Translations under genes and position numbers: made by a program | The notes under the pieces: model-generated | What the model saw: only the letters and a program-made list of their open reading frames with translations | Told to the model about the DNA's origin: nothing | Databases searched by the model: none | Part shown: positions 13,597-24,317 of the stretch, piece after piece | Layout: each line of letters opens with the position of its first letter | How positions within the stretch are numbered: position 1 is the first letter of the stretch | NCBI GenBank assembly: GCA_024137785.1 | Contig: JAHRHZ010000066.1 | Coordinates: 10,312,262-10,376,261 of the forward strand | Origin: Ginglymostoma cirratum | Lineage: Eukaryota | DNA: 64,000 nucleotides | Direction of reading: 5' to 3'

Positions 13597-14320
13597 TATA
13601 GCACCTTTCTTGATCTCAGGACATCTTGAAGCACTTCAGAGTCAGTGTTGTAATGCAGTAAACACATCAGCATACAGCAATCCCACAATCAGTAATGTGA
13701 AAATAGCAAGATCTTGAAGAGCTTGGAGGGTGTGTACTAAAGTGTAAGGCTGGATAAGCTGGAACATTTTTTCCCTGGAGCATCAGAGGCTGAGGGGAGA
13801 CCTTAGAGGTTTATAAAATCATGAGGGGCATAAATAAGATGAATCACCAAGGTCTTTTACAAAGGGTAGGGGAGGCCAAAACTAGGGGGCATATGTCCCT
13901 TTTAAATCTTTCCTCTCTCACCTTAAACTTAAGGTGAAACCTTTTCACGTAGAGGGTGATCTGTGCATGGAATGAGCTGCCAAAATAAGTGGAGGAGGTT
14001 GGTACAATTACAGCATTTCAAAGACATCTGGGTGGGTATATTAACAAGAAATGTTTAGAGGAATATGTTGCTTGAGGGATAGGTATTTGGCCAGGGCGCA
14101 AGGGTAATGCCGCTTCTTTAAATAGTTGCACAGACTATTTTAATCCCACCTCAGACAGCAGATAGAACTTTGATTTAACATCTCAACCAGAAGACCATCT
14201 GTTCAACATTCCCTCAGTACTGAATTAAAGTGCCAACCTAGTCTTTGTTTCCAAGTCCTCAGTGGGAGTGGAACCCACAATCTTCTGAGACAAAAGAGTG
14301 CGACAATCTAAGCAACTGCT
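13597..14320 (-). mobile_element. Deu-domain (SacSINE1/AmnSINE-like) SINE split by a CR1 3' fragment (~13712-14066)
   Basis: Both halves resemble the copy at 36390-36757; tRNA-like head at the right end. Family name is from recalled consensus. Confidence 0.55.
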
Positions 14321-15071
14321 GAAAACTTGCTGTGAAAAAAATTCAGAGTCCAGTCATCCTCTTACTTCATCTAAGTAGCCATTCTTTTTTGGCACTAAGT
14401 GTTGCTTTCCTATTGATTAATCTGATCTCGTTTTGCCTCACTCATCCATTTTTAGATTGAGTCTAAAGGGAGATCCCTCACCTAACTTTTTCATCCCTAT
14501 CCCAATGACTCAGTCAGCAGTAACGTCACTGAAAGTGGCATGACATAAATATTCAAAGAATTATTTATCATAGTTATTTATAAAGTGAGCAAGAGTTCAG
14601 CTGCAATTCTGAATACTCTGAACATATTAATATGGAATTGCTCAGTTCCTAGTCTAGACTGTCCGCAAAGATAATGAATAAAAATTTGAAGATCATGGAA
14701 TCATAAAGGGATCTTTCCCCTTGATAGACAGCCTTTTCAGAAACTAAAAAATTGTATATAGTTTCTCTTGCTGTGCCCAATTACCAATACTAGATTCTAC
14801 ATCTGAACTTGGCCAGAAGTTACAATTCTCAATTCTGTCAATTTGCACAGATTGACATTTCAAACATACCATAGCACTCTTCATAGTAATATCATTACCA
14901 TTCATTTGCAAATGTAAGTCATTTCACCAATACAGTACAATTCTGTAACTTGTTGAAATTATTTGAAGAATAAGGTGAATCCAGTTGAATAGAATTCAAC
15001 AGCTGAGTATATTCAAACCTGCACTGAATAGACAAAACATACTCAGTTAATTATGTTCAAAAGGTATTAGA

Positions 15072-15077
15072 TTTATT
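15072..15077 (-). promoter_or_regulatory. Candidate poly(A) signal of proca1
   Basis: tttatt on + (AATAAA on -), ~250 nt downstream of the stop codon. Confidence 0.55.
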
Positions 15078-15326
15078 AAACTGTATAAAGGTTTCTTTCT
15101 ATGTGTATTTGGGTCCGTTGATACAAATCATGGTCCAACAAATGAACCAAATCTCAACAATACGAAACTTCAATATATATACACAGTCTATTTCAGAAAG
15201 CTAACTGTTCTTCACAATTGTGTTGTAATGTCAGCTATTCTTTGCAGTCACAAAGTTTTTATGAAAGACAGTATGATTTGTCATTTGGCAGCTATATGGA
15301 TGAAACACTTTAATATACATTCCTAG

Positions 15327-16431
15327 TTAGGGTGTACCATGAGCAGCCTTGCTAGGAGCAGTTGGTTTAACCAGCTTGCTTTCTTGTTGAGACTTTTGAT
15401 GCTTTCTCCTTTGGCCCTTCCGTTTACGTCGTGACTTCTTGTTTTTACTTTTAGAGGGAGGAGTTGATTGGTTTGTTTTCAGCTTAGTGTTTGTAACCAC
15501 TTCAAGCTTTTTATGAACAGTTGGTGGAGTAGATACCTTGGCTGCGTATTGTCTAGACATAACCACTGTTAAAACAGAATTTTGTTTGCTGAAGTGGGTA
15601 TCATGACTAGGTTTAGTAGGTGGTTGTGTAAACGCTTCTTCTCTATGGGACTGATGTGCATCCTCCAATTTGAGCAGTGATTTGGTAGTCACACCCTCAC
15701 TATAAAATTCAGATTTAGGAACCTGTGTAAATGCAAGAGATGTAAAACCTTCATCTCTGTAACTTTGACGAATAGGTTCAGTTGCAACCAAAGAAGGCAT
15801 CTGATAAACCTGTGTGAAGCTGTCCGCTCTGTAAGACTCATCATTCATAACATCATTAAATGCATTTTCCTTTATCCCTAAATCCAGAGAATTATCATAA
15901 AGATGGTTAAATTCATTATTTCCAATCTTCTCAATCTCAGTGAAATAGTCCTCTTTGTTTTGAATTTTCTTTTCAAGGAGTGGCAATGCATTAGTTGCCT
16001 TGGTGGTTTTGAAATGGAGTTTCGCTTTGCGATTTTTTTTCCTCCCTTTTCCCTTCCTTCTCTTATTGCTTTTCCTTCCTTCCTTTTTCTTGGCTTTGTC
16101 TAGTGCAACACGGGTCTTGTCATTCACAGTATTGCTCACAGTGCTAGGTACAGTGCCATGGGCAGAACTCTGTGTGACAGAAACCATGACTTTGAGGACA
16201 TCTTCTGCCGCATGAAATACTTGGCCAAGTGTCGACTGTTGCCATGTAGCTCCTGGTTGAGATGTTTCTGGAGCTGCTGTTAAAGGTGAAGTGCTGCTTA
16301 TTGAAGAAAAGGATGTTGAGCTGTCTGAAGCAGGATTTTGCATCACTGCTAGATCAATCAATTCTCCTCCGTAATCATAAAGCCCAGATTCCCTGGGTTC
16401 AGCGATTAGAACACGATCATACTTTTTGCAC
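15327..16431 (-). CDS. proca1: Group III sPLA2-like protein, exon 4 (end of PLA2 domain plus Ser/Thr-rich, polybasic tail)
   Basis: Acceptor ttctaaaag; phase-2 join gives (W)CKKYDRVLIAEPRESGLYDYGGELIDL..., continuous with the 344-aa ORF to the stop at 15327. Confidence 0.9.
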
Positions 16432-16889
16432 CTTTTAGAAATGAGCAGAAATAATTGAAACCTCTTAAATCGTTAATGATTCTACTTACTATACAAAAGT
16501 TTTCCACACACACAAACTGTTGGCTGAAGTAATTTTTTTGTAGTATAAAATGAGCATAATCCCTTCCCTTACTGACACAAATCAGGAGTGATACTTTAAA
16601 TAATTCCTGAATTAATGTGGTGCCATACTAACTGGCAGTGATCTGTTATTGTTTGGTCAACAATAAGTGGAATTTAGAAACAAGGTTCTGCACAAGGTTC
16701 TTCTCAAAATAACCATACGTTTGTTTAAATATCAACTAACCATTTAAAACGGGCACTGAAAACATGAAAGCATTAACTATCTACAAACTGGCATTTTCAA
16801 AATGCTCAAAGTCTAATTCTGTGTAATTGTGTTGGGTTTGGTATATAAACAACAGAAGTCATTGTCTAATTATGAAACACAGGAAAGAG

Positions 16890-17830
16890 TATGCACAATA
16901 GTAACAACTTATGTTAAAGGTACTATACAAATATAAGACATCTCAAAGAGTTTCACAGTAGTATCATAGGAAACTGAGCCAGTTGCCAGATGGCAAAATG
17001 CTTGGTCAAAGTGATTAGTTTTAAGGAGTGTACTAAAGGAGGAATGTATAGTAAAGAAGTGGAGAGGTATAGGGTGGAAATTTCAGAATTTCAAGATCAA
17101 TGCCATCAATGGATGCACAAGACCAAAATTAGATGATCATACATATTGCGGCAGGTTTGCAAATGAGAACTAGTTAGAGGGCAAGACTGTGAAGTGAACT
17201 GAAAACAAGGATGAGACTTCTTTTTAAAATTAAGGTTTTACTTGATCAGTAATCAACGTGACTCAGTGAGCACAAGTATAATAAGCAAAAAGACTTTGGG
17301 AGTTAGGACACAGGCAGCAGAGGTTTGGATGTGATCAAGTTTACGAAAGGTATAGTGTGGGAGACAGGCCAGAATTGCGCTGGATTTTTTTTCAAGTCTA
17401 AAGACAATAGATGCACAAGAGGAAGTTTTACATGAGCTCAGACATGGGCAAAATCTGACAATGTTACAGAGGTGGAAATAAGAATTTTCATTAGAAATTG
17501 CATAATCACTAAGACAAATACATAATCAGAAGCTTATTTGACAATTATCACATGACGGTTGTAAAATGTTTGGTTTAGTTTCATACAGTTCCCAGGGAGA
17601 AGAATGGATCAGCAGCTAGGGAATGGAATTAGGAGCAGAGACTAAGAGGAAGATATTTGGAGTAAATTGTCACTTACCCAGTTTTGAGCAGTCTAATAAC
17701 ATAGCAACAGTGGAGGATTCAAGAAAGGTGATGGAGAGCTGGCTTTTGTTAGCATACATATAAACCCATTGTGCTTTTGGATAAGGTCACCCAGGGCCAG
17801 AATGTCTATGAGGACTAAGGATAAGATTAC
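16890..17830 (-). mobile_element. Degenerate L2/CR1-clade LINE 3' region in proca1 intron 3
   Basis: Purine-rich plus strand with decayed RT C-terminal motifs on minus; similar to 33980-35400. Confidence 0.5.
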
Positions 17831-18202
17831 GCTTATACCTTCATGTCAATTTAGGATTTAGAAGAAATAAAGATTTATATTGATGAAGGGAAAATAATTC
17901 CTCTGTGTCAACTTGCAAACAACCCTTATGGTTTAGAAAGAAGAGGATTATGATCCCAGAACAAGCGTGGTGCACAGTCTTTATAAAATAAAGGTGCTCG
18001 GAAAACCAGGGGTTGAGTGTGATGATGTTTGTGTATGGCTCATTAAGTACAGACATTCTTTGAATTGATGGCCCATGACTGTGAAACTGACTCCAGAGGT
18101 CATGAGAAATCATAAAATGGAGAGAGCTGAGCATCTGCTGTTTCCAGTGTTCAATCTTTGTTGTTTGATTTACAACATTGTGATTGTTAAAAGTGAACTC
18201 AC

Positions 18203-18337
18203 CAGCCATACCAATACCGTTCCACACACTGCTCCTTGTAGACGAGGTCAAAACAGGGGACCTCTAACACATTGAAGAATGCCTGTCCCACAACCCTGGA
18301 GGATGTGTCGTTAACCCTTCTTAAGCACCTCTTTAAC
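18203..18337 (-). CDS. proca1: Group III sPLA2-like protein, exon 3
   Basis: ctcacag acceptor, gtgagt donor, 135 nt. Encodes (E)LKRCLRRVNDTSSRVVGQAFFNVLEVPCFDLVYKEQCVERYWYG(W). Confidence 0.94.
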
Positions 18338-18704
18338 CTGTGAGGAGAAAACAAGGGGGGGGGGCGAAGAAAGAGGAGTCAAATTTGCAAAATTGTCGCT
18401 TCCGCTTTGCGTTTAAAATTGCTTTAATTTGCCCTTTTAAATTGCTCCTCACTATTGTCGAGCTGAAACTAGTGATTGCAGTGTACTCCAAATTCTAAGA
18501 ATTACATGACAGCCACCAAATGTAGCATTTCAATGCAGAAAACATCCAAAGTTCTGGAGTCCCTGGCTTTCCCGTTATTTTCCAAAAGGCAGCATTGCCT
18601 TGGCACACCCACTTGTTTTTCCGTCCAAACCCTTGCCCTTAAATACACTGTTCCCAATTCCGGAGCGAACAGAGTGAGGAGGGGCCCGGACGGACGCTAC
18701 CTAC

Positions 18705-18837
18705 TCGGTGTCGCAGTCACAGTGGCTGAGGGTGTGCAGCCTGAAGTTCCTGTGGCCGTAAGAATAGGCGAAAGGGTGGATGACATGTTCGCAGTGGTCG
18801 TGCTCCCGGCAGCATTTATCCGTCTCTGTGAACTCGC
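18705..18837 (-). CDS. proca1: Group III sPLA2-like protein, exon 2 (catalytic His-Asp)
   Basis: cccag acceptor, gtaggt donor, 133 nt. Encodes (G)[43 protein letters not shown]. Confidence 0.95.
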
Positions 18838-19296
18838 CTGGGTTTGGGGATGGAGGGTGGTGAGAGGAAGCAAGAGAGAAGGGAGGGGGGAAAAAAAATA
18901 ATAATCAGAGATACATTTCCCACCAGTGCTCAGACAGATTTCAGCTCATCGCTTAAGATCGAGCTGTAGCCGCCTCGACTTTCTGAGATCCGCTTCCAGA
19001 CACCAGTCCCAGAGGGAGCAGCCGGTCCCGAGGCAGGCGCAATTTTGGGCGCGACTTGCGCCGTCGTGGGAGCTGGGTTTTCCAAAGGAAACGCGAAGTG
19101 GCCCCAGGAAGAGAGTGGGTGGGTGCGCGTTCGGCCCTTCGTGCCCGTGCTGGCTCGCTGAGCATCGGTGCCTATTTCCTTGTCTCCCCGCCCCCCTCCC
19201 CTTGTCAACACGACGAGGGACCTTTTCAAAAACGCCCCGTTCTCCTCCCAAACCCAAACCCCCAACTCGCAGCCGCGCCCCGGGGGCTCCAGTTAC

Positions 19297-19726
19297 CCAG
19301 GTGGTCGTAGCTGTCGGCGTTGTTCCCCGCCCCGCACCACAGGGTCCCCGGGTAGGTGAAGCCCCTCTTGCTCCTGCGGAGGGGACGGTGTGCGGGCCCC
19401 GCCCGGCACTGGCTCCTCCGGCGGTTCCAGGTGTCCCTCAGGTCGGTGCTGGGCGGCAGGTGGCTGGCCCGGAGCTCACATTCCCGCATGAAGGAGCTCA
19501 CAGCCCGGGGCTCCGTGCGCACAAAGCAGCCCGGCAGACGGCCGGCCTCCCGCTCTAGCAACAGGGTGCCGTCGGAAATCCGGGCGTATCCCAGCCCCGA
19601 CTGAGCGCGCCACAGCTCCGCGCAGTAACGGCCGTCGCTCAGGTAAGAGGCTCCGGGGGTCGGCTCGCCCCGGCGCGAGAGCGCGGCCAAGGAGAACAGG
19701 AGCAGAGCCGCGCACAGCGCCCCCAT
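19297..19726 (-). CDS. proca1: Group III sPLA2-like protein, exon 1 (signal peptide, pro-region, RRSKR furin site, Ca2+ loop)
   Basis: Kozak-like gccATGg; MGALCAALLLFSLAALS signal peptide; ...RRSKR|GFTYPGTLWCGAGNNADSYDHLG; donor gtaact. Four exons total 1803 nt = 600 aa + stop. Symbol assigned from the tail-to-tail position next to supt6h. Confidence 0.93.
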
Positions 19727-20756
19727 GGCCCTGGATGGTTGGCTTTCCCTTTCAGCACCACGGGGGAAACTGACAGCGCTCCCGGCTCTCCCTGCCTCTT
19801 TCTCTCCCACCCCTACCCCTCTGGCTGTTCCTGCGGCTACCGGGGAGCCTTCAGCAGCGGAAACTGCACCAGCTCAGCCCCCTTCTGACCGCCAGTTACC
19901 TCGCAGACCACCTCTCGCCCCCTCCCCACTTCCTTTATAAAGTCTCCAGTGCCTGAGATGGAGGAGGGACATGCACTGATCTCCTTGGCGATCAGAGATC
20001 GGATGATGTTTGAGGACCGATCAGCTTCAGCCTCCTCCGGGTTTGCTCAAACTCACACACACACCCTCTTCCTCCTCCCCTCGCTCTGAACGGAGAACCA
20101 TTCCTTGCTTTTATTTCTCTTCCCCTGGCCACACATTTCCAGAGGGGCTGCTGCTGCGCCCGGCTGGAACGCATTCGCACGGTATCTTCTTCAAAGTTGA
20201 ACCCACTGGACATGAATATCCCGTCACCTGAACCCGGTAAAAAGGGTGGGCATCGGACTGAAACGAAACGAAAATTAAACACAGTGCAGACGCTGCGGGA
20301 CGCGCCGGCTCTGGAAAACTTTGCATTGTTTTTAACATTAAAATGCAATATTTTGGTCAAGTGTTTCGCATTTGGAAATTGAAAGGGCTGTGCTCTTCAG
20401 TAAGTAAAAAGTTAGTTATCCGCAGTGAACACACAATCATCAAAATTCCCTCGAAGCGAAATGAAATAGTGAGCGCCACCACGCCCAGCTGTTTCGAATT
20501 CCACTCCTCATGAGCTCACATCCCATAGCTTTTTGAATAAAGTTTAAAAAAACACTTCAGTACATCACTGTTACTGCTTCTCAGATAACAAGATTTATCA
20601 AAGCCTCGTCTTACTATTCAAATGTGTATTTTAAAAATTCTTCTGCGTTTTGCCAATGGCGTTAATTAAAATTCAAGTATTTCCTCAACCACACTTCACA
20701 ACCGCCTTCACTCTCCAGAGCCCTTCCATGTCACAAAAAGCAATTTCCTTCCCTGG

Positions 20757-21002
20757 TACAGAAACAGAAAGTGCTGGAGAAATTCAGCAGGTCTGGCAGT
20801 ATCTGGGCAGAGAGAAACAAAGCTAATGTTCCGAGTTCAGTGACCCTTCGCCAGTTTTGAAGAGGGGTCACAGGACTCGAAACGTTAACTCCGTTTCTCT
20901 CTCCTCAGTTGCTGCCAGCCCTGCTGAATTTCTCCAGCAATTTGTGTTTCTTTATTGCTGTTTATTCCAGATCTCCAGCATCCTCAGTTCTTTGTTTTAG
21001 TT
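20757..21002. mobile_element. Head-to-head pair of Penelope-derived repeats with hammerhead-like motifs
   Basis: Left arm is the reverse complement of the right arm. Plus copy 20853-20890 agtt-TTGAAGA-G-GGGTC-acag-GACTC-GAAA-CGTT-aact has C3 mutated. Confidence 0.75.
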
Positions 21003-23830
21003 TATTCCGTCCGTGCTAACCGCTGGTCCCAATGTTTACTACATGGAGCCGAATGTTTTGCTTTATGCTGTGTAGATAGATGCAAGATCCCGATGCCGAA
21101 AGAAGCCAGCGATTTCCTTCATCATGTACATTTCTGGTGCTACAATAAAGCTGCAGTTTAGATCAATAATGCGAAGTTCACCAAGGAGCGTGTGGGTTGG
21201 GGTCTAAAAGCCCCATCACCTGAGTGCGTTGGGAGTTTGCCCATTGTTGTTTCTGTGGATAAAGCGCATGGAGATTTTTATAGGCTGGGGGTGCTTGTGG
21301 ACTATTAACATGTTCTCGGACGTGCATTATAGCCAAAAAGAGCGTGTAAAAAGCAAACAGAGCCAGCATTTTTTCAACATTTCAAAAGCATTAATCCTGA
21401 CTTTTCCGGGTCCCAGCAGCGATTGTGATCTCCCTCAGATTCTGCCGCTTACCGTTCGGTCCAAATTTGGGAATTTATTAAGTGGATAATGGAGTCACAA
21501 AGATTTGTAGATTATTGATAAGAAAGGTGGTGAAATATGATGGGGTCAATGGGAATGTGGCATGATGAGATCTGTCATGATCTTATTGAATAGCGGGACT
21601 GGCTCGAGGAACCTCCTTCTCGGCTGTATGTTCCTGTGAATTTAAGGCTTCTTGGTGCATTTATCCTATTTCAATCCCTCTGAAATCAGTAATTATAATA
21701 CTGATACCGGGCAGACTGTAATATACCGGTCCTACGCCATGCAATGTCACAGTGAGCTGATGCGGAACTTGCAGAGAGAGAGAAAAAAATCCCAAGTCTT
21801 TTTATTGCTCTTCTTCAGCGATGTTAATCTCCGCTTGAAGGATCTAATGTGGTATTTGAAAGAAGGGCCACAGTCTACTGACATCACTGAAACATACCAT
21901 ATTGTCACTGACACAATCCTTTTATTCTGTGGCTGCTTCGTTTTCCAAGGGAGAAGTCTTTCCAAACGAGCATTGCAAAGCGTTTTTGCGCGTCATCAGG
22001 GAAGGAAAGGTGTGTCGTAAATACAAGTCCTTCGGGATTAGAAGGTTGAACTCTGATTCAGGGTTCTACAGCGTATCGTCGCTGTAAAGTGAGATTTTCA
22101 TCCTAAATTTGTAGATCCAGTGGTGGTGACCCCCCAGTTATGCGGCATAAAGCCATTTTCAGCATCTTGCTTCAGAACCGCTCTGTTACTAGATGAGCAG
22201 GAAGGATGCTTCATGAACTTTGAACCACTTGGTCGTTAGGGCGCATCACTGAGACTGTCATTACCGATCAACACTTGTGAAATAGAGTACAAGGGCTCTT
22301 GTGTCGCGTCCCTCCCAGGACGTTTGAGTTCAGGACTTACCTGCTCTAGACGTGTGTAAGAACATCCCTGAACAAATGTATTATATATCTCTGAGCGGAT
22401 TGGTTAGAAACGAGAGCCTGTGCTAAGACTCGTACAAATTAATCGTCTGCCTCTTAAGTCTACAAGTCATTTGAAAGATTTCAAAATACTGTACAATAGT
22501 TTTAGCTTTCTAATTTTCAGACATTTAATCACTTCAATGCACAATTCCAAAGGCTCTCACCAACCACCACCGCCCCCCTCCCAACCAGCATCACTATTTC
22601 CATTCGTTTAATAAATGGAGTGGGTGCCAAACTCCTGAAAGGTGAAAACAAAGTTCTCCTTCAGTAATGGGGTCTGAGAAATGTGCTTAGCCATTCCACT
22701 GGCTGTCCCCCGGTTTCCTTTGTTCTGCTTCACAACCTATAGGAAGGATTCGTAAACATGAATGCCCCGTAGTGGTGAAAGGAGCAGCGCAACTGATGTA
22801 AAATCGTACGAGGTAACAGGCGATCTTGTACCCTCCGTCAGGGACCTTACCACATTATCCACTGTATAAGGGAAGAACCTGACCTAATTCTGGAGCAAAC
22901 TACGGAATCCCCTGATAGAGAGTATGCTAATTACAGCTGCCACCTAGAATAGACCGAGAGTTTGAAAGCTGCACAATGTACAGCCCCGAACTGGCTTGCT
23001 TTTTAACTTTATTTGAGAGCTAAACGGTGACAACACAGCCTAGCGATGTATCCATTCCCAATTCAGATCCAGATATTGCTCCTTAATTAAAGTAGTTCTA
23101 TTTTATCGCCTGCTATTCAGAACATCGCTTTTCTCCAGGAAGGATTTCCCTATGAAAGATCAGCAGTTCCCTGCACTTTTATTCTCAATATGAACGACTC
23201 CAGCCGTAGATCCTATACATTGTGAAGAGTGAGCTCGTGCACTGCTTTCTCCTAATGTTATTCCCACGTGTTGGATATTTTTCAGACAAAAGTTTCTCGT
23301 TTTGCTTATGATAAATGCATCTGCTTAAAGTCGTTGCTTGTTTCAAAAGTTCTATTTGAGTTGTATTGTAGGCTAAATGGTGCCAATGAGAAAGGAGCGA
23401 TTGATTACAATGTCCGTTTGTTTACAAAATATGCATAAACGGGTCGAATGAGATTATCTTGAACTTCTTTAGAGGGTGCGGGGTAACTCGCGGTCACTGA
23501 GCTCTGGACTCTATTCACTCCTCACACAATGGGAGTGGCACCAAAGCGAGGGGTTACTAGAGGTTATTGCAGTGAATTTTAGTAAGCTTTAGAAAGGAAC
23601 GTGATTTATTGCAGAGGCAAGTATTGCTGAAGACTTTTCCCCCCCCAGAAAAGACAGCGGGCTGCTCTAAAGGGCGCACTCTGGCTGCGGTAACACAACA
23701 TAATGGAGTTTGTATTCCGGGTGAAGCACTCCCCTTCTCGGGGACCACTCTCACCAGCTTCCTGCTACACTCGGAGAAATCCCGATTGCACGGGGCTGGA
23801 GAGAGCTGCCCCTGCGCTGACTTTCTGGCA

Positions 23831-24036
23831 ATGGGCAAAGTCAGAAGTCACACGAAACCAGGTCATAGCCCAACGGGTTTGTGTGAAATCACAAGCTTTC
23901 GCAGCGCAGCTCCTTCGCCTGATGAAGAGGTGCGCTTCAAAAGCTTGCGATTTCAAATAAACCTGTCGGACTATAACGTGGTGTCGTGTGACTTCCGACT
24001 TTGTCCACCCCAGTCCAACACCTGCACCTCCGCATC
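23831..24036. mobile_element. Inverted pair of a second Penelope-derived family with a CTGATGA hammerhead motif
   Basis: tcgc-CTGATGA-A-GAGG-tgcg-CTTC-AAAA-GCTT-gcga at ~23915-23950; left arm is the reverse complement of the right; flanked by a caatggg direct repeat. Confidence 0.7.
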
Positions 24037-24189
24037 ATTTATGACAATGGGGCATTAAAGTACTGACAGTCTGCATGGGTTCTTGGCTTAGGTCATTTGC
24101 ATGTCCATTAGTGAAGCCCATCAGACCAAACATAAACCCATCCGCTGGAGCAGGTGCTCATTTATAAGCAGTCTTTCACCAGGCAATAA

Positions 24190-24317
24190 AATGAAGAACT
24201 GCGGATACTGGAAATCTGAATCGAAAACATACAGTGCTAGAGAAACTCAGTAGGATCTGGCAGCGCGAGGAAAAATAAAGAGCTAACTTTACGAGTCCAG
24301 TGACCTTTCCTCAGAAC
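24190..24317 (-). mobile_element. Penelope-derived short repeat, decayed hammerhead
   Basis: Same family as 10420-10553; GAAA mutated to GTAA. Confidence 0.7.

Larger units (their letters stand above)
18650..20310. promoter_or_regulatory. CpG island over the proca1 promoter and exons 1-2, with TATA box TATAAA(GG) on minus at 19934-19939
   Basis: Sharp rise in GC and CpG against AT-rich flanks. TATA lies ~210 nt upstream of the ATG. Confidence 0.75.

Noticed and set aside
18701-18703. In-frame TAG right after HCDCDTE suggesting proca1 is truncated
   Set aside because: It lies inside the donor GA|GTAGGT; phase-2 splicing to exon 3 restores the frame.
18926-20382. Many overlapping ORFs, including the 210-aa plus-strand ORF and the 28-aa extension upstream of the proca1 ATG
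   Set aside because: Expected in a GC-rich CpG island with few stop codons. The extension starts at a non-ATG codon and would mask the signal peptide.
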